From contig CAWFCQ010000007.1 in assembly GCA_963814375.1 (NCBI GenBank), positions 64,001 to 128,000 on the forward strand: a DNA stretch of 64,000 nt. The letters are read 5' to 3'. A program made the translations under genes and the position numbers. The notes beneath the pieces are model-generated. The model saw nothing but the letters and a program-made list of their open reading frames with translations, was not told the DNA's origin and ran no database searches. Positions 40,669 to 50,334 of this stretch are shown here, piece by piece. The stretch's first letter is position 1; every line of letters begins with the position of its first letter. Source of the stretch: an uncultured Chloroflexia bacterium. GTDB taxonomy: Bacteria > Chloroflexota > Limnocylindria > QHBO01.

Positions 40669-41805
40669 TCAGTCCTCGGTGATCGCGAGCTCGGAGATGC
40701 CGCCGCCGATCTCGACCTCGTAGCGGTCTGGCGCCCGGTCGTAGGCCCGCGACTTGACGCGGAGGCCGGTACCTGACGACTCTCGCCGCTGGCCGTCGAA
40801 CGTCAGGCGGGAGACGCCGCCGCCGGTGACGAGCAGGAGCGGCACGCCGGCCGGTCGTGACAGGCGCCCCTGGCTCACGCCGCCGGCGATCGCGATCCGC
40901 ACCGTCCCACTCGGCCGTGGCAGGCGCAGCCGGAAGTGGTTGACACCGCCACTGGCGGTGAAGCCCAGCAGGGAAAGTGCCCGGAGGTCGGCGTCGACGT
41001 CGGTGATGCCGTTCTCGATCTCGACGGCCCACGCCGCGCCGGGATGAAGTGCGGCGTCGATCTCGCGGCTGCGCGTATCGATCACCCTGCGGCGATAGCG
41101 CATCGTCACCGTGCCGTCGCTGGTGCGAACGTCCGGCGGCGGGCCGACGAAGGACGCGCGGATGAGCTCGCCGTCCGGCTCGGCGGAGCGAAGCACCAGC
41201 CGGGTGGCGGCCGTCTCGGCGACCATCCGCACCTGCTGGCCGAAGGCCGCGGCGCCGACATTGAGCCGCGGCGCGCCGGTGTGCAGCACGAGCCGGGCAC
41301 GAGCCACCTCGCCGATCGGTGCCTGGTAGGCGTTGTCGAGGATCCCGCCGTAGGTGGCCACTCGGAGGCGGTCGGCCTCGCGAGCGAGGGCGTCGGTGAG
41401 CGCAGCGAGGTGAGCCTCACCCTCGCGCGCGATCGCCGGGCTCACCGCCGCTCCGGCCGCGACCGCGCGCTCGATGAGCGGTGCGTACTGCGCTTCGAGC
41501 TCAGCCCAGCGGGCAGAGTCGACCCGAACGAGGAGGCGCCGACGGTCGGTGGGATCCGACTCGCGGCGCAGGAAGCCGCCGCGCTCGAGCCGGTCGAGCA
41601 CGCCCGTCACGGCGCCGCTCGTGAGGTGGCTCAGCTCGGCCAGCCGCGACGGGGTCATCTCCGGTTCGCTGGCGGCCAGCTCGAGGCAGCGCAGGTCAGT
41701 CGGGTTGATTCCCAGGCTGGCGGCCACCATCTCGTTGGTCCCGATCGCCTCGGTGATCAACCGGCGCAGCGCGCCCGGCAAGGAATTGCGGCTTGACATC
41801 GTCAT
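40669..41805 (-). CDS. MarR regulator fused to a beta-rich C-terminal domain
   Basis: LGINPTDLRCL...TSGAVTGVLDRLE...DPTDRRR, then repeated GG[V/I]S beta segments. Confidence 0.8.
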   Translation of the reverse strand: MTMSSRNSLPGALRRLITEAIGTNEMVAASLGINPTDLRCLELAASEPEMTPSRLAELSHLTSGAVTGVLDRLERGGFLRRESDPTDRRRLLVRVDSARWAELEAQYAPLIERAVAAGAAVSPAIAREGEAHLAALTDALAREADRLRVATYGGILDNAYQAPIGEVARARLVLHTGAPRLNVGAAAFGQQVRMVAETAATRLVLRSAEPDGELIRASFVGPPPDVRTSDGTVTMRYRRRVIDTRSREIDAALHPGAAWAVEIENGITDVDADLRALSLLGFTASGGVNHFRLRLPRPSGTVRIAIAGGVSQGRLSRPAGVPLLLVTGGGVSRLTFDGQRRESSGTGLRVKSRAYDRAPDRYEVEIGGGISELAITED

Positions 41806-41827
41806 CTGTCTTGTTTCATCATGCCGA

Positions 41828-41846
41828 TATCTTAGCATCTAAGATA
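41828..41846. promoter_or_regulatory. Putative MarR operator TATCTTAG-CAT-CTAAGATA
   Basis: Perfect AT-rich 8-bp inverted repeat between the divergent marR and ABC genes. Confidence 0.7.
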
Positions 41847-41860
41847 ATCAGGAGGCAAGA

Positions 41861-42838
41861 ATGCCAACACATGATACACGCGCTATCGAGGCCGACGGGC
41901 TGGAGAAGCGCTATCCGGGCAACGTCACTGCCCTCGACGGGCTGAGCTTCTCAGTCGAGACGGGCACGATCTTCGGCCTGCTCGGACCGAATGGAGCCGG
42001 CAAGTCGACGACCGTCAAGGTCCTCACCACCCTCTCGCGGCCGGATGCCGGCTCCGCAACCGTCGCCGGGCTCGACGTTCTCGCCGACGCGGAGCGCGTC
42101 CGTCGCGTCATTGGCACGGTTGGCCAGCGGATCGCCGTCGATCCGGAGGCCACCGGGCGCGAGAACCTGGAGCTGGCCGGTCGGCTCCACGGCCTCGGCG
42201 GGCAGCGGCTGCGCGAGCGCACCGCCGAGCTGCTCGGCCGCTTCGGACTATCTGACGCCGCGAATCGGATCGCGCGGACCTACTCCGGGGGCATGCAGCG
42301 CAAGCTGGACGTGGCGATGGGCCTCATCCATCGGCCGCGCGTCCTCTTCCTCGACGAGCCGACGACCGGCCTCGACCCCGAGGCGCGCGGCGACCTGTGG
42401 GCCGAGATCGAGCGGCTCACTCGCACCGAAGAGCTCACCATCCTGCTCACCACCCACTACCTGGAGGAGGCCGATCGGCTCGCCAGCCGGCTGGCGATCG
42501 TCGACCACGGGCGGGTGGTGGCCACCGGCTCGCCCGACGAGCTGAAGTCCGAGCTGCGTGGAGACGCGATCGTCGTCGAGCTGACCGACGGCGTCGTCGA
42601 CGAGCGGGCCATCTCCGTCCTGACGCGCGTGCCGGGCATCGGTGAGTCGCTCGTCGATGGCCGATCGCTCCGGGCGCGCGTGGATCGCGGCGCATCCGCC
42701 GTTCCGGCGGTGCTCTCGGCGCTCGAGGGAGCCGGCATCGGCGTCGCCTCCGTCACCGTGAGCCGTCCCTCGCTGGACGACGTCTACCTCCGACACACCG
42801 GCCGGTCCTTCCGGCACACCGAGGAGTCCTACGCATGA
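41861..42838 (+). CDS. ABC exporter ATP-binding subunit (DrrA-like)
   Basis: GPNGAGKS, YSGGM, FLDEPTTGLDP, SLDDVYL. Confidence 0.95.
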   Translation: MPTHDTRAIEADGLEKRYPGNVTALDGLSFSVETGTIFGLLGPNGAGKSTTVKVLTTLSRPDAGSATVAGLDVLADAERVRRVIGTVGQRIAVDPEATGRENLELAGRLHGLGGQRLRERTAELLGRFGLSDAANRIARTYSGGMQRKLDVAMGLIHRPRVLFLDEPTTGLDPEARGDLWAEIERLTRTEELTILLTTHYLEEADRLASRLAIVDHGRVVATGSPDELKSELRGDAIVVELTDGVVDERAISVLTRVPGIGESLVDGRSLRARVDRGASAVPAVLSALEGAGIGVASVTVSRPSLDDVYLRHTGRSFRHTEESYA

Positions 42839-43611
42839 CCGCCGTCGCGCAGTCCTACTTCATGACCCAGCGCCATGCCCGCCAGCTGCTGCGGCAGCCG
42901 TGGTTCGTGGCCATGACCCTCATCCAGCCGGTGATCTGGCTGCTCCTGTTCGGCTCGCTCTTCCGGAGCGTGACCGAGATCCCCGGCTTCGGGTCGGGCG
43001 GAACGTACCTCGACTACCTCGTGCCGGGCATCATCGTGATGACCGCGCTCATGGCGAGCGGCTGGTCCGGCATGGGCGTGATCGAGGACATCGATCGCGG
43101 CCTGCTCGACCGGTTCCTGGCCGGGCCGACGCATCGCAGCTCGCTGATCGTCGGTCGCATCGGCTACGAGGGCATCGCCCTGGTGGTCCAGGGCACGATC
43201 ATGGGGGGCCTGGCCTGGGTCCTCGGCGCCGAGTTCGCCAGCGGGCCGATCGGCTTCGTCGTGCTCCTCGGGGTCGCCATCCTGGTGGCCTTCACCTTCG
43301 CCTCATTGTCGTGCGCGATGGCGCTCACGCTGCGCCAGCGCGAATCGGTCATCGGGGTCAACACGATGCTGACGCTGCCGCTCACGTTCCTGTCGGCCGC
43401 ATTCCTGCCGCTCGCGCTCGCGCCCGATTGGATCGAGACGGCCGCGACCTACAACCCGATCAACTGGGCGGTGGAGGCCGGCCGTGAGGCGCTGCTGGCG
43501 AACCCCGACTGGTCGTTGATCCTGCCGCGCGTCGGCGGGCTGCTCGTCGTGGCCCTTCTCTGCGTGGCACTTGCCACTGCCGCGTTCCGCAGCTATCAGC
43601 GCTCGGCTTGA
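42835..43611 (+). CDS. ABC-2 permease (DrrB-like)
   Basis: Six TM segments, YLVPGI, NPINW; ATGA overlap with the ATPase gene. Confidence 0.92.
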   Translation: MTAVAQSYFMTQRHARQLLRQPWFVAMTLIQPVIWLLLFGSLFRSVTEIPGFGSGGTYLDYLVPGIIVMTALMASGWSGMGVIEDIDRGLLDRFLAGPTHRSSLIVGRIGYEGIALVVQGTIMGGLAWVLGAEFASGPIGFVVLLGVAILVAFTFASLSCAMALTLRQRESVIGVNTMLTLPLTFLSAAFLPLALAPDWIETAATYNPINWAVEAGREALLANPDWSLILPRVGGLLVVALLCVALATAAFRSYQRSA

Positions 43612-43614
43612 GCG

Positions 43615-44646
43615 TCAGCGCGGGGGCGGCAGGAGCTGGCCGAATCGGTCCGGATCTGCGGCGACCGCCGACTGGATGGCGTTCAGCGCCGCGCCCTTGC
43701 GCAGGTTGTCGCTGCTGATCCAGAGCGCGAAGCCGCGCTCACGACCCGGGATGGCGCGCAGGCGGCCGGCGAGGACCGGGTCGCGGCCCTCGACGTCGAG
43801 GGGCATCGGGTGGCGCTCGGTTCCGTCCGCCGGCCGGTACTCGAGCCCAGGCGCCTCGCGCAGGGCCGCCTCGAGCGCGTCGACGGTCGTGTCGCGCTCC
43901 GTCCGGATGTGGAGCGCGACTGAGTGGCCGGTATGGACCGGAACACGCACCGTCGTCGCCGCGACGTCGAGCGAGGGCATCTCGAGGATCTTGCGCAGCT
44001 CCGCGTGGATCTTCCTCTCCTCGCCGCTCCAGCCGGTCTCGTCGAGGACGTCGATCTGCGGAACGACCGAGTCGGCAATGCGCCCGTGGAACGGCGACCC
44101 GTCCGCCTGGTCGCGGTGGTCCGTGCCGCGCTCGGCGTCGAATGCGTCGACGCCCTTGCGGCCCGCTCCGCTGACCGCCTGGTAGCTGGCGAGGTCGACC
44201 GACTCCAGCCCGGCCAGGTCCCGGATCGGCGCGAGGGCCACGACGGCCGCGGCGGTCGTGCAGTTCGGGTTGGCGATGAGGTTGCCGCCTCGGTCGCGCG
44301 CCGCGTGGGCGTTCGCCTCGGGCACGACCAGCGGCACGTCATCGGCCAGGCGGAAGGCGCTCGAGTTGTCGACCACCAGCGGGGCCGATCGTCCCGGCCC
44401 GGCCATGATCTCGCGGCTGTGGGCCGCGTCGACCGCCAGGAAGAGGACGTCGAGCTCACCGGCGCGCTCGTCGGTCAGGACGTGGACCGGCACCGACTCG
44501 CCGGCGTACGCCAGCTCGTGGCCCTCCTCGTGCCCGAAGGCGCGAAGGCAGGCCGCCGGCAGACCGGCATCGGCGAGGATGGAGCAGAAGACGCCGCCCA
44601 CCACGCCCCGAGCCCCCGCAACTCCGACCGTCGGCCACCCGTCCAT
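43615..44646 (-). CDS. asd: Aspartate-semialdehyde dehydrogenase
   Basis: DNSSAFR, VVPEAN, NPNCTT, SYQAVSGAG, VRVPV, DNLRKGAA. Confidence 0.95.
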   Translation of the reverse strand: MDGWPTVGVAGARGVVGGVFCSILADAGLPAACLRAFGHEEGHELAYAGESVPVHVLTDERAGELDVLFLAVDAAHSREIMAGPGRSAPLVVDNSSAFRLADDVPLVVPEANAHAARDRGGNLIANPNCTTAAAVVALAPIRDLAGLESVDLASYQAVSGAGRKGVDAFDAERGTDHRDQADGSPFHGRIADSVVPQIDVLDETGWSGEERKIHAELRKILEMPSLDVAATTVRVPVHTGHSVALHIRTERDTTVDALEAALREAPGLEYRPADGTERHPMPLDVEGRDPVLAGRLRAIPGRERGFALWISSDNLRKGAALNAIQSAVAADPDRFGQLLPPPR

Positions 44647-44732
44647 GCGGGGACCTTACCCGATGCGCCGCTCGGGCACGACGAGTGCAGGAATCGTTGC
44701 AGCCAACACCGCCCATTCCTCTAGAGGAGCCG

Positions 44733-45579
44733 ATGCGCGAGCGCGAGGGATTCCCAGCCGGCGTACCGTCCTGGATCGATCTCGAATCGTCCGACCCCGC
44801 CGAGTCAGCCCGCTTCTATGCCGGCCTCTTCGGATGGCACGTTGATGACCGCACACCGACGGGCGCACCCGGCACCTACTCGGTCGCGACCATTGACGGC
44901 CGCGAGGTCGCGGCGATCCGCTCGGCTGGGCCGGCTTCCACGAAGCCGCCGTCGTGGAGCACCTGCATCGGTGTCGACGACGCTGATGCCGCAGTCATCC
45001 GGGTCCGCGACGCCGGCGGGACGGTGGTCTCCGAGCCAACCGCCATCGGCGATCTGGGACGAGAGGTGGCCTGCATCGATCCATCCGGTGCTCGTTTCCG
45101 CCTCTGGGAGCCGGGCTCGCTGAAGGGCGCGGCATCCGTGAACGCGCCAGGCACCTGGAACTTCAGCGAGCTGAAGACCGGTGACGCCGTGGGCGCTTCC
45201 CGGTTCTACGGCGCGGTCTTCGGCTGGCAGGTCGACGAGGTCGAGATGGGCGCCTATTCCGGGACGATGGTGCGACTGCCCGGCTACGCCGACTTCCTCG
45301 AGCAGTTCGACCCGGGCATTCGGAAACGGCACGCGGACTTCGGAGCCCCGCCGGGATTCAGCGAGTGCATCGCCTGGATCCTCCCGCTCGAGGACGGCGA
45401 ATCGCCTCACTGGAACGTCGCCTTCGCCGTCGCCGATGTCGATGCGCTAGCTGCCACGGCGCGCGAGCTGGGCGGCACGGTCGTCGTCGAGCCATTCGAC
45501 GTCGCCGCCGGTGCGCAGCACCGTGCTCACGGACCCGCACGGAGCGCGCTTCTCCGCCAGCGCCTTCAACCCGGGCTGA
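44733..45579 (+). CDS. Two-domain VOC/glyoxalase protein; frameshift near 45510
   Basis: GVPSWIDL, ARFYAGLFGW, DPSGARFRLW, FYGAVFGW; end FNPG* at 45579; GAGGAG RBS. Confidence 0.85.
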
Positions 45580-45587
45580 GCGGACGG

Positions 45588-46502
45588 TCAGCGCGAGCCG
45601 AACAGGATCGGACGCTCGCCGGCGACCAGGCGGGCCAGGTCGGCGTAGACGGCCGCCGCAGTGACTCGTCCCCCGGCTCCCGGGCCGGAGACCCGGAAGG
45701 TCGCGCCGTCGCCGGTCGTTATCTCGAGCACGCTCTCGACCCCGGTGGCGCCGGCCATCGGGTCGTCGGGCGCGAGGTTCACCGGCTTGACAGTGCGCGA
45801 CTCCGGCGTCGCCTCGGCGACGAGGCGGATCGTCTGCCCCGGCTCGACCGCAAGGCTCGCGATCCCGTGGGCGACCACGTCGGCCTCGGGGCGCCACCGG
45901 CCCCACGCGACGCTCGCCAGGATGGCCAGCTTCTGCGCGGCGTCGCGGCCGTCGACGTCGAAGCTCGGATCCGCCTCCGCGTAGCCCGCCTCCTGAGCTT
46001 CGCGCAATGCCTCGTCATACGAGCGACCATCGCCCATCGCCGAGAGGATGTAGGTGGTCGTCGCGTTGACCACGCCGCGGATCCGCTCGATCGTGCCGGT
46101 GGCCGCGAGGTGCTGCACCGTCTCGATCATCGGCGTGCCGCCGCCGACGCTGGCGCTGGCGAGGAGCGCCGCCACGCGCCGCTCGGCGAGCTCGGCCAGC
46201 TCGCCCCCATGCGTCGCGAGCAGCGCCTTGTTGGCGGTGACGTACGGGGCTCCGCGATCGAGCGTGGCGCGCGCCCAGGCGAGCGGACCCTCCAGGCCTC
46301 CCGCCAGCTCGACCACGATGTCGTCGCCCAACGCGTCGTCCGGCTCGACGAGGTCGACGTCGACGGGGAGGCCGGCACGCCTTCTGTCGCGGACCGCGAC
46401 GTGCGCGAGCTCAAGTGGCAGCGGACCAGACTCGACCAGCGCACCGAGCGCGGAGCCGACCGTTCCCCATCCGATCAGCCCGATCCGCAGCAGGTCGCTC
46501 AT
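45588..46502 (-). CDS. hom: Homoserine dehydrogenase (short form, no ACT domain)
   Basis: GWGTVG, VTANKALLA, SVGGGTP, GYAEADP, GPGAGG. Confidence 0.92.
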   Translation of the reverse strand: MSDLLRIGLIGWGTVGSALGALVESGPLPLELAHVAVRDRRRAGLPVDVDLVEPDDALGDDIVVELAGGLEGPLAWARATLDRGAPYVTANKALLATHGGELAELAERRVAALLASASVGGGTPMIETVQHLAATGTIERIRGVVNATTTYILSAMGDGRSYDEALREAQEAGYAEADPSFDVDGRDAAQKLAILASVAWGRWRPEADVVAHGIASLAVEPGQTIRLVAEATPESRTVKPVNLAPDDPMAGATGVESVLEITTGDGATFRVSGPGAGGRVTAAAVYADLARLVAGERPILFGSR

Positions 46503-46510
46503 CGGCACCG

Positions 46511-46520
46511 AGTCTATACT
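46511..46520. promoter_or_regulatory. Overlapping bidirectional -10 boxes (TATACT on +, TAGACT on -)
   Basis: AGTCTATACT in a 25-bp gap; boxes lie 7 and 8 nt from the two divergent start codons. Confidence 0.65.
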
Positions 46521-46527
46521 CGCCGGC

Positions 46528-46863
46528 GTGGGAGCCACCGAGACCGTCGATCTCTTCTTCGAGCTGATCAACGACGATCACCGCGAGAAGGCGATCGAGC
46601 TGTTCGCCGAGCACGCTGTTCTCGGCGTAAGTGTCCCCGGATCCGATGAGCGCACGAACCTTCGCGGCCGCGACAAGGTCGGCGGCTGGTTCGTCCGGGC
46701 CGGCGACGGCTTTCGGATGTTCACCAACGACAGCCGCAACATGGGCGCCAGCTACATCGCCGACGTGACGGTCATCCGTCCCGGCATCCAGCCGATGCAC
46801 GTCGAGGCGAACTTCCGCGTCGAGAACGGCGAGATCGTCGCCCTCTTCCTCCAGCCGGCCTAG
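46528..46863 (+). CDS. NTF2/SnoaL-like small protein
   Basis: AIELFAEHA...LRGRDKVGGWF...FRVENGEI pattern. Confidence 0.7.
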   Translation: MGATETVDLFFELINDDHREKAIELFAEHAVLGVSVPGSDERTNLRGRDKVGGWFVRAGDGFRMFTNDSRNMGASYIADVTVIRPGIQPMHVEANFRVENGEIVALFLQPA

Positions 46864-47612
46864 GGAAACAGGTCCCGCTCGCGCTCCATCACCAGGACCG
46901 ATGCGCCCGCGTCCGACGGGCGCCACTCGTAGCCCCGCACGAGCACCACCGGTCGCTGCTCGACCTTGCCTCCTGCCAGATCCGCCGCCGACGCAAGCTC
47001 GTCGGCGATGGCGATGACGGTCGCCTGCATCGGGCGTCCGGCGGCATCGGCTGAGCCACGCAGGTCGAGCAGCGCCTCGATCCCCGCTGATCCCACCGCC
47101 ACGTTCACGATCCCGTTGCGCCACGGGCGGCCGAACGAGTCGCTGACAACGATGGCCGGCGAGACCCCCAGCCGCCGGCGAAGACCCTCACGGATGCCCG
47201 ATGCCGACGCGTCCGGATCGAGCGGAAGCAGTGACGCGACCTCGCCGCCACCGACGTTCGAGACGTCGACCCCGGCGTTGGCGCACACGAACCCGTGTCG
47301 GGTGCGGCTGATGATCAGGCCACCCGGCGCCATGCGCACGATCTCGGCCGACTCGCGCAGGACGAGCTCGACCTGCCGTGGGTCCTTGTCCCAGCGCGCG
47401 GCCCAGTCGCGTGCCATCGGCGATGGCTCGACCGAGTCCAGCTCGACGAGCCGATCCTCCGCCTTCGAGACGACCTTCTGGGTGACGACCAGCACGTCGG
47501 CATCGGTGAGTGACAGGTCGGCCGCGGCAGCCGCGATGAGCCCGGCGATATCGTCGCCTGGTGAGACTTCCGGAATGCCCTCGAGCGCGATCAGCTCGAG
47601 GCGGGCCGTCAC
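46860..47612 (-). CDS. cofE: Coenzyme F420-0:L-glutamate ligase
   Basis: TQKVVSKAE, CANAGVDVSN, DSFGRPWRNG, IADELA. Confidence 0.95.
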   Translation of the reverse strand: MTARLELIALEGIPEVSPGDDIAGLIAAAAADLSLTDADVLVVTQKVVSKAEDRLVELDSVEPSPMARDWAARWDKDPRQVELVLRESAEIVRMAPGGLIISRTRHGFVCANAGVDVSNVGGGEVASLLPLDPDASASGIREGLRRRLGVSPAIVVSDSFGRPWRNGIVNVAVGSAGIEALLDLRGSADAAGRPMQATVIAIADELASAADLAGGKVEQRPVVLVRGYEWRPSDAGASVLVMERERDLFP

Positions 47613-48211
47613 GCGGCGTCCCCGAGCTCGAGCCAGCGAGCCAGGTCCGCGGGCGTGTCGAGGTCGAAGGCCAGCCCGGCGCGGTTGACGGCGACGAGCG
47701 GGACGCCGGTCTGCTCGACCTCGGCGACATGCAGCGCGAAGCTGCCGGTGCCGAAGCGGAACGGGATGACGCCCGGCGGGCGGAGCACGAGCGCGTTCGT
47801 GCCGGTCCCGGCCCGGTCGGGGGCGATGGCGACGCCCGGCGAACCATCGGTCGGGAGGGCGCCGATCAGCGTGCGCACATCGTCGGGCTGGAGGTTCGGG
47901 AGGTCGCCGTGGAGCACGACCAGGGTCCGGATGTCGTCGACGAGCGCGTCGAATCGAGCCTGGTCGAGGCCCTCGTTGAGGCCCATGCCGCGCTGGACCA
48001 CGAGCCGCGCGCCCGAGGGCTCCACGACCTCGATCAGCGGGCGCGACGGCGAGATCACGACCACGTCATCGGCCACCTCGCGTGCCACGCGCAGGACGCG
48101 CTGGAGCAGCTGGCTGGCGAGAAACATCCGCTCGTCGGGGCTCAGGGACGTGGCGAGGCGGGTCTTCGCCGCCTCGAGCCCCCGATGCGGGACGATGATC
48201 CGGGCGGACAC
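47609..48211 (-). CDS. cofC: 2-phospho-L-lactate / PEP guanylyltransferase
   Basis: AKTRL, GLNEGL, HGDLP, GTGTNAL, FDLDTPADL; GTG 6 nt after TATCCT. Confidence 0.92.
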   Translation of the reverse strand: MSARIIVPHRGLEAAKTRLATSLSPDERMFLASQLLQRVLRVAREVADDVVVISPSRPLIEVVEPSGARLVVQRGMGLNEGLDQARFDALVDDIRTLVVLHGDLPNLQPDDVRTLIGALPTDGSPGVAIAPDRAGTGTNALVLRPPGVIPFRFGTGSFALHVAEVEQTGVPLVAVNRAGLAFDLDTPADLARWLELGDAA

Positions 48212-48246
48212 CCGAGCAGGATATCGCGATCGTCGCCCGGGGTCTG

Positions 48247-49170
48247 CTACCCCGCCTCCCCGATGAGCGCCTCGGCGAGCGCCGCACGATCGGCGTCGCT
48301 GCGCATGACGGTCGGAAGGACCGATACCGACATCGCCAGCTCGGCTTCGATGGCTGGCGCGAGAGCGGCATCGGTCTCGTCGACGACGAAGCGATCCACG
48401 AGGCCGTCGTACTCGCGTGCCACGCCGAGCGCCGTCGGCTCGAGGCCCAGCGACGCCATCATTCGGTCGGCGGGCCCCTTGAGCGCCTTGCCGCCGACGA
48501 TCGGGCTGACCGCAATCCGGTCGGCGGCGGCCGCGACCGCCTCCCGGACGCCCGGGAGGGAGAGGATCGGCCCGATGCTCACGATCGGGTTGGATGGGCC
48601 GATGACCAGCAGCTCGGCGTCGGCGATGGCGTCGAGCACGTCCGCAGTCGGCTTGGCGTCGCCCGAGAAGCTCACGGCGCGGACCTCCGGCTGCTGGCGG
48701 CGCCGCACGAAGTAGTCCTGGAACTCGAGCCGGCCCTCGTCGGTGTCGAGCAGCGTGCGGTACTCGTCGTCGGTGCAGGGGAGGATCCGGGCGGTGATGC
48801 CAAGCGCCTGCGCCATTGCCGCGGTCGCATCGGTCAGGCTTTTGCCCTCTTCGCGCAGCAGGCGGGCTCGGTGGGCGTGCGTGGCCAGGTCGGCGTCGCC
48901 GACCGTGAACCATGTCTGGTCGCCGTAGCGCTCGAACATGGCGTGCGCCCGGAAGGTGTCATCGCGGATCCCCCATCCGCGTTCGGCGTCGATGAGCCCT
49001 GACAGCGTGTAGAGGAGGGCATCGATGTCCGGGCAGACGAGCAGACCGTGAACCTCGGCGTCGTCGGCCACGTTGGCGATCACCGTCAGCTCGACGCGCT
49101 CGCCGAGGAGCGCAAAGCCGTGGGCCAGCTTCGTGCCGCCCGTGCCGCCGGCCAATACGGTGACCTTCAT
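48247..49170 (-). CDS. cofD: 2-phospho-L-lactate transferase
   Basis: LAGGTGG, CPDID, GDADLATH, FQDYFV, PSNPIVSIGPIL, KGPADRMM. Confidence 0.95.
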   Translation of the reverse strand: MKVTVLAGGTGGTKLAHGFALLGERVELTVIANVADDAEVHGLLVCPDIDALLYTLSGLIDAERGWGIRDDTFRAHAMFERYGDQTWFTVGDADLATHAHRARLLREEGKSLTDATAAMAQALGITARILPCTDDEYRTLLDTDEGRLEFQDYFVRRRQQPEVRAVSFSGDAKPTADVLDAIADAELLVIGPSNPIVSIGPILSLPGVREAVAAAADRIAVSPIVGGKALKGPADRMMASLGLEPTALGVAREYDGLVDRFVVDETDAALAPAIEAELAMSVSVLPTVMRSDADRAALAEALIGEAG

Positions 49171-49212
49171 CGGGTCATTCTGCGGCGATTGGCTTGAGTG
49201 GCGGCACTCATT

Positions 49213-49390
49213 CGCGAAGTGTCGTGAGGACTCCACCAGAAGCCGAGCTCGGGAGCGGTTCTCACGATCTATCGCGGGCACGCACGCATGAGGCGCGCCT
49301 CCGGGTGACGCTCAGGCATACCAGGTCACGAAAGATCGCGGGAACACAGCCCCGAAACGCCGACTTGTGAAGATGGCGCGATAGATCGCG
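49213..49390 (+). repeat. Dispersed four-palindrome element, copy 3
   Basis: Boxes at 49213, 49263, 49327, 49377; colinear with 6033-6210. Confidence 0.85.
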
Positions 49391-49395
49391 GAGGG

Positions 49396-50334
49396 CTAGG
49401 CGGCCTCGAGGGCTGGCTTGACCTCTGTGATGAGGCGCTCCATCGACTCGGCGTCATAGGGCGACGGGAAGCCGACGATGAAGTGGCGGAATCCGATGCC
49501 CAGGAACGGCCGCATCTTCTCGACGACCTGCTCCGGCGTCCCGACCATCTGGTTCTGCCACTCGTCGGCGTTGCCGTTTCGCTCGAACATCGCGGTGTTG
49601 ACGCGGGCGGCCTCGGCCGGGTCGTCGCGGATGATGCAGACCCCCATTCCGACGGTGCGCTCGATCTCCGACTCGTCGCGACCGACGTCCTCGCAATGGC
49701 GCCGCAGGATCTCGTCCTTGTGCTTAACGCTCTCGAACCCGCCGCCGAGATTGCAGGCGTCGGCCCACTGGGCGACGATCCGGAGCGTCTTCTTCTCTCC
49801 TCCGCCGCCGACGAGGATCGGCAGGTGCTCCTGGATCGGCCGCGGCTCGTTCAGCGCCTCGTGCGCCGAGTAGTAACGCGAGCCGGACGGCTTCGTGCCG
49901 TCGAGCATGCCCCGCATGATCGGCACCGCTTCGGCCAGCCAGCGCAGTCGCTCTCCGGGTGAGCCGCCGAACTCGATGCCGAGGCCACGGTGCTCGGTCT
50001 CGAACCAGGCGCCGCCGATGCCGAGGATCGCGCGTCCGCCGCTGATGTGGTCGAGCGTCGTCACCATCTTCGCGACCAGCGCCGGGTTGCGGAACGTGTT
50101 GGCGCCGACCATCAGGCCCAGCGTCGCGCGCTCGGTGGCCTCGGCCCAGGCAGCGAGCGTCATCCAGCCGTCGAGGATCGGGCCGCGGTGGTCGCCGACG
50201 ATCGGGTACAGGTGATCCCACGTCCAGACCGAATCGAAGCCCAGCCGATCGGCCCGAATGCCAGCCTCGCGGACCGCCGGCCAGTCGGTGTACTGCGCCC
50301 AGCAGTTCGCGCCGAGCTTCACCGCATCAGTCAT
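49396..50334 (-). CDS. LLM class (probably F420-dependent) oxidoreductase
   Basis: WTWDHL, RNPALVAKMVTTLDHISGGR, ILVGGGGEKKTL; adjacent to the cof genes. Confidence 0.9.
   Translation of the reverse strand: MTDAVKLGANCWAQYTDWPAVREAGIRADRLGFDSVWTWDHLYPIVGDHRGPILDGWMTLAAWAEATERATLGLMVGANTFRNPALVAKMVTTLDHISGGRAILGIGGAWFETEHRGLGIEFGGSPGERLRWLAEAVPIMRGMLDGTKPSGSRYYSAHEALNEPRPIQEHLPILVGGGGEKKTLRIVAQWADACNLGGGFESVKHKDEILRRHCEDVGRDESEIERTVGMGVCIIRDDPAEAARVNTAMFERNGNADEWQNQMVGTPEQVVEKMRPFLGIGFRHFIVGFPSPYDAESMERLITEVKPALEAA

Noticed and set aside
44685-46649. 654-aa VOC fusion
   Set aside because: A frameshift near 45510 causes read-through antisense to hom
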